Both the position numbers and the translations under genes were made by a program. Shown here one piece after another: positions 46,898-55,305 of a stretch of 61,392 nucleotides of DNA (its first letter is position 1; each line of letters begins with the position of its first letter). The DNA is from Poseidonia sp. (GTDB lineage: Archaea > Thermoplasmatota > Poseidoniia > Poseidoniales > Poseidoniaceae). Below the pieces are notes generated by a model, which saw nothing but the letters and a program-made list of their open reading frames with translations, was not told where the DNA came from and made no database searches. The stretch lies in assembly GCA_030741355.1 (NCBI GenBank), contig JASLVM010000003.1, positions 1 through 61,392 of the forward strand, in the 5' to 3' direction.

Positions 46898-47914
46898 ATG
46901 TCAGACGACTTTGAGGAGGGGGCGTTTCTTGGCCTTCCAACGGCCGTCGGTCCGGCCGATATTGCCGTCGTGCCGCTGGCGTATGAGTTGACGACGTCGT
47001 ACGGGACCGGTGCCTGCGATGGCCCAAAGGCCTGCCTCGATGCCAGTGCTCAAGTCGAACTCTTTGACGACCGCCTAGGCATGGACCTCCCCGCCGGTCA
47101 AGCCATGGTCACCGAGCCGGTTTGGGAAGGAAGTGCTCCAACGTTGCGAGGGCAGCTCGATGAATTGGCGGCCCATGCTCGTTTGTTCTACCACGGGGGC
47201 GTGTTCCCCTTGTTCCTTGGTGGTGAACACGGCATTCTTCCTCCCATCATCCATGCGGCCAGGCACCACCCGGCTGTTGATGGTGACCTCTCCAGATTGA
47301 CCATTGTCCAACTCGATGCCCATGCAGACCTGCGCTCTTCTTTGGACGGTGAAATTTTTTCACATGCATGTGCGGCCTCCAGAAGCCTTGATGTCGGCGC
47401 TGGACGCGTGCTTCAGGCCGGCGTTCGAGCCTACAGCGAGGAGGAACTCGTGCGCATCAATGGCGACGAGCGCATCAGCACCTTCTTCGCGAAAGACACG
47501 CAGCACCCTCATGGTGGCAGTGAAGTCTGGCAGGCTTGGTTGGATGAACTTCGTTCGCTCTCAGGCCCGGTCCATTTCACCCTTGACATCGACGGTTTGG
47601 ACGGCGCGCTGGTTCCTGCTACGGGGACTCCCGTTCCCGGTGGCTTGAGTTTCTGGCAAGCCGTTGAGACGGTTGAGACGTTGTTCGCCAATCCGAAGGT
47701 GGTCGTCATCAGTGCTGATGTCAACGAGATCGTTGCTCAAACCGACGGGGTGTTGACCCAATTTACTTCGGCCTTGCTGGCCACCAAAATTGTGGCCAAC
47801 CATGTCCTTGCTCGGAGGGAAGGACGCTGGAGCGCCATGGTTTCTACACAAGAAGAGCCGTTTGATGCCGCGTTTTTCAAGGATTTTGACGGAGATGCGA
47901 TTTCGGCAGTTTGA
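46898..47914 (+). CDS. speB: agmatinase / ureohydrolase family protein
   Basis: Mn-ligand motifs GGEHGI, QLDAHADL and TLDIDGLD..PGG. Confidence 0.9.
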   Translation: MSDDFEEGAFLGLPTAVGPADIAVVPLAYELTTSYGTGACDGPKACLDASAQVELFDDRLGMDLPAGQAMVTEPVWEGSAPTLRGQLDELAAHARLFYHGGVFPLFLGGEHGILPPIIHAARHHPAVDGDLSRLTIVQLDAHADLRSSLDGEIFSHACAASRSLDVGAGRVLQAGVRAYSEEELVRINGDERISTFFAKDTQHPHGGSEVWQAWLDELRSLSGPVHFTLDIDGLDGALVPATGTPVPGGLSFWQAVETVETLFANPKVVVISADVNEIVAQTDGVLTQFTSALLATKIVANHVLARREGRWSAMVSTQEEPFDAAFFKDFDGDAISAV

Positions 47915-47949
47915 AAACGGGCACGGCACGGCAGACGGCAGGTGAAGGT

Positions 47950-48336
47950 ATGACGGGAGAGGCGAGTCAAGGCGCTCATGTGTTTTTGGATTACATCAAC
48001 GCCGTCTTCGATGATGAGGCCACCTATGAATGGCTTTTTTCACTGATGAGGGAGGCCGTTCAACAGAGCCCTGCTACGGAGGTTCACGCCCATCTCGCTC
48101 CGTTTGATGGAAGCACTTCTCCTCCGGGATTTGCAGCGGTTGTTTTGATCGATGAAAGCCATGTTACGGCGCATTGTTATGCAGACCGTGGCCTGTTGGC
48201 CATCGATTGCTTCACCTGCGGCGACACCGACCCGGATACCATCGCAACGTATCTTCATGACCGATTGGTTGAGCAAATGCCAGCGCTTCAATGCGTTCGC
48301 AGGCAACGGGTAGACCGGTTCATCACGGAGGTTTGA
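47950..48336 (+). CDS. pyruvoyl-dependent decarboxylase proenzyme (SpeH-type AdoMetDC or arginine decarboxylase paralogue)
   Basis: VLIDESHVTAHCY (E-S self-cleavage site) and AIDCFTCGD. The track ORF begins at TTG 47911; ATG 47950 has a GGTGAAGG Shine-Dalgarno sequence. Confidence 0.85.
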   Translation: MTGEASQGAHVFLDYINAVFDDEATYEWLFSLMREAVQQSPATEVHAHLAPFDGSTSPPGFAAVVLIDESHVTAHCYADRGLLAIDCFTCGDTDPDTIATYLHDRLVEQMPALQCVRRQRVDRFITEV

Positions 48337-48339
48337 ACC

Positions 48340-49299
48340 ATGACGGTGAGAGCCTTTGTGGATGAACACTTTCGCCACTTCAACGCGGGTACTCTTCGCC
48401 GAGCCGTGGATTCATTGGTTGACCATCTCGAACAGGGCGGAGGTCTCTTTGTTACGCTCGCCGGAGCCATGAGTACGGCAGAAATAGGGCGCAGTCTCGC
48501 TCAAATGATCCGTGCGGGCCATGTGTCTGCCATTTCGTGTACGGGAGCCAACCTCGAGGAGGACGTGTTCCACCTCGTTGCACGCGATGACTACGTTTCC
48601 GTTTCGTCCCCCGATGACCTCACGGCTGAAGATGAAGTGGCGTTGTTGGAGCAGCAATTGAATCGTGTTACGGATGTCTGCATTCCAGAGGAAGAAGCCA
48701 TTCGAAAGATTGAGCATGCCCTGATGGAGGTCTGGACCCAGGCTCAAGCCGACGGTGAATCGCTCCTCCCTCATCGCTTCCTCTATCGACTTCTTCTTTC
48801 GGATGCTCTTCGCTCCTCCTATCAGGGGCCACCCGAACATTCCTGGCTCTTGGCTGCGGCGGAATGCGACCTCCCGCTTTACGTACCCGGATGGGAGGAT
48901 TCAACCCTCGGAAACATCTTCGCTGCCCGCTGCTCACAGGGTGTACTTTCTCCCGAACTTGTGTTGAGTGGCACCCATTACATGACGCATCTCATGGATT
49001 TCTATCGGCATTCAACTCAGCCGTTGGCTTTCTTGCAATCCGGTGGAGGCATCGCCGGAGATTTCCCGATTTGCGTTGTACCCCTTTTGCATCAAGACTT
49101 GGGTGAAGTGGACGTGCCGCTGTGGGCCTGGTTTTGCCAAATCACGGATGCCACAGCGTCTTACGGCGGTTATTCAGGTGCTCCTCCTAACGAGAAAATA
49201 TCATGGGGCAAACTTGGCCTTGAAACGCCCCGGTTCAACATACAGAGCGATGCTAGCATCGTTCTTCCCCTGATATTTGGCTACGTTCTGGACCTCTGA
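48340..49299 (+). CDS. dys: deoxyhypusine synthase
   Basis: FVTLAGAMSTAEIG, ISCTGANLEEDVF and WGKL near the C-terminus. The ATG is 3 nt after the previous stop. Confidence 0.9.
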   Translation: MTVRAFVDEHFRHFNAGTLRRAVDSLVDHLEQGGGLFVTLAGAMSTAEIGRSLAQMIRAGHVSAISCTGANLEEDVFHLVARDDYVSVSSPDDLTAEDEVALLEQQLNRVTDVCIPEEEAIRKIEHALMEVWTQAQADGESLLPHRFLYRLLLSDALRSSYQGPPEHSWLLAAAECDLPLYVPGWEDSTLGNIFAARCSQGVLSPELVLSGTHYMTHLMDFYRHSTQPLAFLQSGGGIAGDFPICVVPLLHQDLGEVDVPLWAWFCQITDATASYGGYSGAPPNEKISWGKLGLETPRFNIQSDASIVLPLIFGYVLDL

Positions 49300-49351
49300 G
49301 GAGGACCAATGCCCCCAAAGTCTTGAAAGGGAGCCGTCCCACATTGAAACC

Positions 49352-52300
49352 ATGACCACTCAGCGAAGGTTGGCGTCAGCGTTGATGATGGCGCTCTTGG
49401 TTGCTACGGTTCTCCCGCTTCATGTCCAAGCGGATGACACCCCCTCGGTTCGCATCACCACGCATTGGGTCGGTCAAGGAACCACGGACACCGTGCACGC
49501 GTACATGCTCACGTTCTCCGACAACGGCACCTACGGTTTTGAGGTTGAGATGAATCACGTCCACAACGGGAGTCAACTGCCCACCAGTCACAGCATCACG
49601 TGGGGCAGCGAGGCTGGCATGCGAACGGCCTTGCTTGAATTCAACTCGTCCTTGTCGTGGGGTGATAGCGTTGACCTCGGCATCACCATCACCGACCATG
49701 ACGACGCAGAAAACCTCGACATTGAGACGGTGAGGAGTTTCGTGGTCGGTCTTTGGAATCAACCCATGGACGACCACGAAGTTCTTCTTTCGACGTCGTG
49801 GGAACTTGACCAGTCCTTCGAAACGACGACGGGCGACCAAAATTTCACGCTGAGTTTCACCGGTCAAGGCTGGCAGGAGCGTGTTGGAGACACCCTTTCC
49901 TCGTGGGAACTCGGAAACGGTACCTTTGCTACCGTTGAAAGCACAGCTGAAGGCGTGTCGGAACTCGATTTGGTCCTCACTCAGGTGTGGAAAAACGAGA
50001 CCGTGGTTGCCGGCGTGCTGACCAGTCAAGTCTTCGATGCCCGCGGCTTTGGAGATCTGAGAACCGAAGTCATCGATGGTGAAACCACCACCGTCATCGA
50101 CGCTGATGTGTCTCACGCCATGCTGAACCGTTCCATCATCAACGGGGTTGTCGGTGAACGTTTGTCGTTGGAAGCCACGGGTTTGCTCAACGTTTCGGAA
50201 GACGATGGCGAGAACAATTCACTTGCCATCGATGGGGAGTTGGCTGTCTTTTTCTTTGAATATGAGGACGTCGACGGTGTACGGGTGCTCCAACACACCC
50301 AATTCGAAGCCATGGCCGATTTTGTTCTGATTGAAGACGACACCCGGCTCGATGTTTCTCTGGACGGTTTCTCATCGCTTGTCCGCTGGGAAGACGGTGT
50401 GCGAACCCAGCATCTTGAGGAATTGTACGGCGACGGAACCTTTGGCTTCGCTGGCGAAGAGGAAAACGCTTCCCTGCAGGTCAACGGCACCATTCTCGAC
50501 CTGCACACAAAATTGGAAAACGGGACGACCCTCATCGATGACCTTCATGTCGATGGAACCCTGACCGGTGATGTTCAGGGTTCCTTCGGTGTTGTTCGAG
50601 GCATTGAAACCACCGGCATGCAAGCCAACGTCTCCGGTCAAGAATTCTTGGTCAACGTCATCTTCCAGGAAACTTGGTTCAACATCACCGGAGTCAACGG
50701 GGGGAATTTCTTTGACGGTGCAGGGGTCGGTGCAACCCACAACCAAACCTGGGACTATCAAGCGGTTCAGTCCGATTGGGACAACCGGACGGTGCGATTG
50801 GTTTGGCGCGAAACAGGTCCCGATGCCTCCGAAGGTGAAGACTTCCCAGAACACAGCCCGCTTCAGCAAAATGCCACGGCCCCCTTGGCCGAAGAAAGCC
50901 TCGGGGACTTGACCGTGGGCCGAGAAACCGGTTGGATGCCCATTCCACTCAACACGAACGACCGGCTTCGTTTGAACGGACAGGAAGGTCTCACGCTCAC
51001 CGTTGAGGTCGGTGAAACGCGCACGGATGTTCGCGATGGACACAACCTCAGCGTCATCGACTGGACGGGCGTCTACGAAGGCAGCGGTGAAACAGGTACG
51101 GCCACGGGTGCTGTTGTCGTTGATGGTCCGCTCAAAGGCCTGCTATCTACGGTTGAACGTTCTCTTTCCTTGCCATTCGGTGATGAAAACGAATCGGTGA
51201 TGCTTCAGGAAACTCAGGTCCTTGAACGGGTTCTATCGCCTGAGATCGTCAGTGCAGATGACAACCATCCACCGGTGATTTCACAAATCGGATGGCGAGA
51301 AGGAATCGCTGTTGGAGAAGGGGGCGGCGTCGCTCATTTGCAAGCCACCGTCGAGGATGCAGAGTGGAACGTGATGAGCGTGCAAGCCGACCTCACAGCC
51401 CTCGGTCTGGGTGAGGTTGAACTCAACGACCGAGGACTCGATGGCGACCTGGCCGTGGGTGATGACGTTTACACCGCGTCGGTGATCATCCCCGGTCTTG
51501 AAATCGGCTCGTTCAGCGTGAACATTTCAGCAACCGACACCTTCGGGGCCATGGCCACGGGTGAAGAAATGCTTGAGGTCTCGAATCAACCGCCTCGCTT
51601 GGTGAATGTTGAAATCGTCCCGTCCTCGCTGGAACGAGGTCAGTCGGTTGTGGTGAACATTGAGGCATATGATGGGCACGGGGTTCGTTCCGTTCACATT
51701 GACCTGCGCAGCTACGGAGGCGAGGTGGTCAACCTGACTTCCGAGAGCGGAAGCGGCCTTTGGGCGGCCATGATCGAAATGCCGGTTGGGATGACGCCGG
51801 GTCACCAATCTTTGTTGGTCGTGGCGGAGGACGAACAAGGCGCCGTGTCACAACAGCGCGTTTACACACCCTCTGCCAACGGTGTCGGAGATACTGTGTT
51901 CGGGCCACATCATGTTGACCAAGCGGTCAGCCTCCCGGTTGAAGTTCACATTCTCAACGACAGGCCGACGATTGTCAGTTCAGCCTCCACGGTGGAGAAA
52001 GACACGGAGGCCACCGTTCATTACACCGTGGAAGTCAACGACCCAGACGGTATTGAGCGCGTTCAAATCAACCTCGGTGTATTCACCCCAATCGGAGGCC
52101 AAACATGGGCTTTCATGCACGATGATGGCGTGAACGGCGGCGATGATGTTGCCGGTGATGGCGTCTACTCCGTGGCGTTGTCCATCAGGGACGGTACGCC
52201 TTTGGGCACCCATGAAATTTCACTTCGAGCCGTTGACAACTACGGCGAATTGAACACCGCTTCCACCGTGATTACCCTCAAGGAAGGTCAAGGGTCGACC

Positions 52301-52435
52301 GACGGGACCGATGGCCTGAGTAGCGCCGTTCTCGGTGGACTTGGATTGGTGGTCCTCGTCGGTGCGATTGCTGTTTTGACCGTGCTTGCCCGCCGTGGCG
52401 GGGAAGGTGGCGGCGACCGATTTGGCATGCAATGA
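49352..52435 (+). CDS. giant secreted surface protein (1027 aa) with three C-terminal Ig-like modules and TM anchor
   Basis: ORF 49277 trimmed to MTTQRRLASALMMALLVATVLPLHVQA (signal peptide). Many N-x-S/T sequons. The C-terminus is the TM helix VLGGLGLVVLVGAIAVLTVLA followed by RR. Confidence 0.8.
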   Translation: MTTQRRLASALMMALLVATVLPLHVQADDTPSVRITTHWVGQGTTDTVHAYMLTFSDNGTYGFEVEMNHVHNGSQLPTSHSITWGSEAGMRTALLEFNSSLSWGDSVDLGITITDHDDAENLDIETVRSFVVGLWNQPMDDHEVLLSTSWELDQSFETTTGDQNFTLSFTGQGWQERVGDTLSSWELGNGTFATVESTAEGVSELDLVLTQVWKNETVVAGVLTSQVFDARGFGDLRTEVIDGETTTVIDADVSHAMLNRSIINGVVGERLSLEATGLLNVSEDDGENNSLAIDGELAVFFFEYEDVDGVRVLQHTQFEAMADFVLIEDDTRLDVSLDGFSSLVRWEDGVRTQHLEELYGDGTFGFAGEEENASLQVNGTILDLHTKLENGTTLIDDLHVDGTLTGDVQGSFGVVRGIETTGMQANVSGQEFLVNVIFQETWFNITGVNGGNFFDGAGVGATHNQTWDYQAVQSDWDNRTVRLVWRETGPDASEGEDFPEHSPLQQNATAPLAEESLGDLTVGRETGWMPIPLNTNDRLRLNGQEGLTLTVEVGETRTDVRDGHNLSVIDWTGVYEGSGETGTATGAVVVDGPLKGLLSTVERSLSLPFGDENESVMLQETQVLERVLSPEIVSADDNHPPVISQIGWREGIAVGEGGGVAHLQATVEDAEWNVMSVQADLTALGLGEVELNDRGLDGDLAVGDDVYTASVIIPGLEIGSFSVNISATDTFGAMATGEEMLEVSNQPPRLVNVEIVPSSLERGQSVVVNIEAYDGHGVRSVHIDLRSYGGEVVNLTSESGSGLWAAMIEMPVGMTPGHQSLLVVAEDEQGAVSQQRVYTPSANGVGDTVFGPHHVDQAVSLPVEVHILNDRPTIVSSASTVEKDTEATVHYTVEVNDPDGIERVQINLGVFTPIGGQTWAFMHDDGVNGGDDVAGDGVYSVALSIRDGTPLGTHEISLRAVDNYGELNTASTVITLKEGQGSTDGTDGLSSAVLGGLGLVVLVGAIAVLTVLARRGGEGGGDRFGMQ

Positions 52436-52486
52436 CCGCTATGTTCTCGTGCTTTGGAAGGGGCCGTGAATCTTCGCCGACAACCG

Positions 52487-52492
52487 TTTAAA
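52487..52492 (+). promoter_or_regulatory. TATA box candidate for tRNA-Gly
   Basis: TTTAAA lies 26-31 nt upstream of tRNA position 1. Confidence 0.45.
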
Positions 52493-52517
52493 CCCCGGCA
52501 AGATGGGAAGGGCACCA

Positions 52518-52592
52518 GCGAGCGTAGTGTAGTGGTTATCACCGGGCGTTGCCAACGCCTGAACCCGGGTTCGAGTCCCGGCGCTCGCACCA
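52518..52592 (+). tRNA. tRNA-Gly (anticodon GCC), CCA encoded
   Basis: Hand-folded. The acceptor stem GCGAGCG pairs with CGCUCGC. There is a D-arm. The anticodon stem is GGGCG/CGCCU with loop UUGCCAA. The T-arm is CCGGG-UUCGAGU-CCCGG. The discriminator is A, followed by CCA. Confidence 0.9.
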
Positions 52593-52602
52593 CTGCAAGC
52601 CA

Positions 52603-52618
52603 TTTTTCTGATTTTATT
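52603..52618 (+). terminator. oligo-T terminator after tRNA-Gly
   Basis: TTTTTCTGATTTTATT lies 11 nt downstream of the tRNA. Confidence 0.45.
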
Positions 52619-52627
52619 CAGTGAATG

Positions 52628-52636
52628 TTTATGGGG
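52628..52636 (+). promoter_or_regulatory. TATA box candidate for Alba
   Basis: TTTATGGGG lies ~30-37 nt before ATG 52665. Confidence 0.4.
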
Positions 52637-52664
52637 TGGCGTACTTCAAGAGCGTTCGTTAACC

Positions 52665-52985
52665 ATGAGCGACCGACGCATCATCTTCGTAGGAAAGAAA
52701 CCTCTACACGCCTATGTTCGAGCGGTGGTGAAAGCCATGGAAGACGGCGACAAGGAATTGCAATTGGTCGCAAGGGGCGCCACCATTTCCCGTGCCGTGG
52801 ATGTTGCTGAGGTGTGCCGTCGTCGCAACGGGCACATCGCTCAAGGCCTGCCTGAGACGGTGAATATTCAGAACCTCTCCTGTGAGTCTGAGGAAATTGA
52901 AGGCGAAAACGGTATGCGAACCGTCAGCGTTCTTCGAATTGATCTCCAAGGTGTTGGCGACGTGCCGAACGATCAAGAGGAATGA
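52665..52985 (+). CDS. albA: DNA/RNA-binding protein Alba
   Basis: IFVGKKPLHAYVRAVV...LQLVARGATISRAVDVAE...VSVLRIDL is the typical Alba fold pattern, with an acidic tail. Confidence 0.9.
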   Translation: MSDRRIIFVGKKPLHAYVRAVVKAMEDGDKELQLVARGATISRAVDVAEVCRRRNGHIAQGLPETVNIQNLSCESEEIEGENGMRTVSVLRIDLQGVGDVPNDQEE

Positions 52986-53344
52986 GCGGCCAGCAAATTC
53001 AGTCGTCGTTCAATCTCAGCGGCTGTTTTCTCGTACACCTCGTAGTCGTGCCCGACCGGGTCTTCAAGTTCCCAATCCTCGTCGATTTTGATGGCTGGAC
53101 AGTGGACGCCACATCCCATGGAAATCACCATGTCAAAGGTGCTGGGGTCAAACTCATCCAGTCCTTTTGGCACCATGCCCTCGGTTGAGATGCTTCGGGA
53201 TTCAAGCAGCGTCAACGCGTGTTTCGCGACACTTGAAGCGGGGTGGGTTCCGGCCGAAGAGGCTTCGAAGCCCATGGATTTGGCCAAGCCTTCAGCCATT
53301 TGAGAACGGCAAGAATTTCCGACACACACGAAAAGCAACTTCAT
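52973..53344 (-). CDS. low-molecular-weight phosphatase family protein (ArsC-type arsenate reductase / LMW-PTP)
   Basis: P-loop MKLLFVCVGNSCRSQMAEG and a later DPVG. The 3' end overlaps Alba convergently by 13 nt. Confidence 0.85.
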   Translation of the reverse strand: MKLLFVCVGNSCRSQMAEGLAKSMGFEASSAGTHPASSVAKHALTLLESRSISTEGMVPKGLDEFDPSTFDMVISMGCGVHCPAIKIDEDWELEDPVGHDYEVYEKTAAEIERRLNLLAAHSS

Positions 53345-53427
53345 GATTTGAGGAGGAGTTCACTTGCTATCAATCCTTGCTCCATAGATGTTGATGGCTT
53401 CACATAGGGGGGCGTCCTGGCCAGTTC

Positions 53428-53772
53428 ATGTGGCGTGCTTTAGCGATGAACATCGCCGCCTTCTTCCTCCTGTTTCTCCTTCACATTCTTTTTGCCTCTC
53501 AGAATTTTGACCTCGCATTTTCCGTCGTTGCGCTGTTCATCAGCCTTCAAGTGATTCTGTTTGGACCACTCACCGTCGTGCTTGAAGGGGCAACCCTTCG
53601 AAACGACCGCCGGCAGACCAATCGGGTGAGCTTTTTGTTTGCTCTTCCGCTTTCCTTTGGTTTGGCGTGGGCCTACGGCGGCATGGCTTGGTCAATAACA
53701 TCGGTGGGCGCCGTGGTGGGGGCCACCTTGATTCTCCACGCAACGCTTGACCGACAGTTGTCCCTTGATTGA
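53428..53772 (+). CDS. hypothetical small membrane protein
   Basis: Four hydrophobic segments in 114 aa and no motif. Confidence 0.5.
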   Translation: MWRALAMNIAAFFLLFLLHILFASQNFDLAFSVVALFISLQVILFGPLTVVLEGATLRNDRRQTNRVSFLFALPLSFGLAWAYGGMAWSITSVGAVVGATLILHATLDRQLSLD

Positions 53773-53831
53773 TGGATTCCCGCATTCCTCTTCGTGGGTG
53801 GGTTGAAGTAGGCCAGTACGGTGGTTTGAGC

Positions 53832-54842
53832 ATGGCGGATTCCCCAGTCTCCATCAATTCACCCGGTGCCTCCAACGAAGCATCCGCCGGACCATCCCCC
53901 CAAGAGCAGAAGCAAATGGAACAGGCGTATGCTCAGATGAAGCGCAAAATGGCGATGGAAGAAATCGGTCGGAAGATCAAGCACAAAATCATGGTGCTCT
54001 CAGGCAAGGGAGGCGTGGGCAAATCCACCGTTTCGACGGGGCTCGCTCTTTCCCTGGCCCAACAAGGCCACAGTGTGGGCATTCTTGACATTGACATCAC
54101 CGGACCGAACGTGCCGAAGATGATGGGATTGGATGGCCGCCGCCTTCATGTTGAAAACAAGCGCATTCACCCTGCTCAAGGCCACTTGGGTGTCAAAGTC
54201 ATCAGCATGGCTTTCCTGCTCGAAGACGAAGACACGCCGGTCGTTTGGCGCGGCCCCATCAAACTCGGAGCCATTCAGCAATTCATCGGTGATGTCGAAT
54301 GGGGCGAATTGGATTACCTCGTCATCGATTTCCCACCGGGCACTTCCGATGAACCCCTGACGGTGGCACAATCCCTTCCCGATATCGACGGCATGGTCAT
54401 CGTCACTACGCCGCAACAAGTGGCGCTTCTTGACAGCCGCAAATCCATCACCTTCTCAGAATCCCTCAAAGTCCCCGTTCTCGGTATCGTGGAGAACATG
54501 AGCGGTTTTACGGTCAACGGAACGACGTCTCCGGGAACCGAGGTTAGCATCGCAGCCCCCGGTGGAAAAACCCTCTCGGCCAAGGCCGATGGTGAAGGGA
54601 ATTTTTCGGTTACGCTGGATATTTTCAAAGAAGGTGGAGGCAAGGACACTGCCGAGGAATTCGGGGTCCCGTTCCTTGGTGCCCTTCCCTTTGACCCCGG
54701 TTTTGTGCGAGGCGGCGATGACGGTGTTCACCGCATCGTTTCTGAACCCGAAGGGCCGTCCGCCTTGGCTTTCGCAAACGTTGTTGCTGCCATTCAAGAC
54801 CAACTCTCGGATGGCACTGATGGCGGTCTTGAAATCATTTGA
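53832..54842 (+). CDS. Mrp/NBP35-family P-loop ATPase, cysteine-free, with insertion replacing the CxxC motif
   Basis: Deviant Walker A VLSGKGGVGKST, DFPPGTSDE and VENMSGF...DIFKEGGG. Start is ATG 53832 (MADSPV) or the upstream in-frame start at 53769. Confidence 0.85.
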   Translation: MADSPVSINSPGASNEASAGPSPQEQKQMEQAYAQMKRKMAMEEIGRKIKHKIMVLSGKGGVGKSTVSTGLALSLAQQGHSVGILDIDITGPNVPKMMGLDGRRLHVENKRIHPAQGHLGVKVISMAFLLEDEDTPVVWRGPIKLGAIQQFIGDVEWGELDYLVIDFPPGTSDEPLTVAQSLPDIDGMVIVTTPQQVALLDSRKSITFSESLKVPVLGIVENMSGFTVNGTTSPGTEVSIAAPGGKTLSAKADGEGNFSVTLDIFKEGGGKDTAEEFGVPFLGALPFDPGFVRGGDDGVHRIVSEPEGPSALAFANVVAAIQDQLSDGTDGGLEII

Positions 54843-54851
54843 GGTGGCGGT

Positions 54852-55205
54852 ATGAGCGAAACCCTTCCGAATCTCAAGAAATTGGAACGTCGTCCTCAGG
54901 ACATGGTGCTCACCTACGACAACGATTCGGAATTCACGGTTTCCTACGATGATTTACGTCATGCATGTCCCTGTGCAAAATGCTCGCCAATGCGCAACGA
55001 GGACGACACCAGTCGAAACCTTCGGCGCCAAATTGAAGCCCTACCAGCGGAAAAACCGGCTGTTCGCACGGTTGGAAAATACGCCTTGGCCTTTGACTGG
55101 CAACAAGGCTGCTCCAGCGGCATCTATCGGTTCGAGCGAATTTACGACCTCGCCAACCGGCGTGACCCTGACCGTGGTAAGCCCTATGTTCACGGTGCCT
55201 GGTAG
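54852..55205 (+). CDS. DUF971 domain protein
   Basis: DDLRHACPCAKCSP and YALAFDWQQGCSSGIYRFERIY. GAGGTGG Shine-Dalgarno sequence. The gene starts 9 nt after the Mrp stop. Confidence 0.8.
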   Translation: MSETLPNLKKLERRPQDMVLTYDNDSEFTVSYDDLRHACPCAKCSPMRNEDDTSRNLRRQIEALPAEKPAVRTVGKYALAFDWQQGCSSGIYRFERIYDLANRRDPDRGKPYVHGAW

Positions 55206-55305
55206 AAAACGCCTCGCCGGGATGCTTGCTGACGACGCTTTGATGAAGGGACGCCATGACCACGACTTGGAGTGAGCCCACGTGCAGAGCGTCTATTTGA
55301 CTTGG

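Noticed and set aside
52436-52664. tRNA-Gly as an integration hotspot or genomic island border
   Set aside because: No integrase is present and I noticed no duplicated copy of the tRNA 3' half nearby. Both flanks are ordinary genes (a surface protein and Alba) with matching composition.
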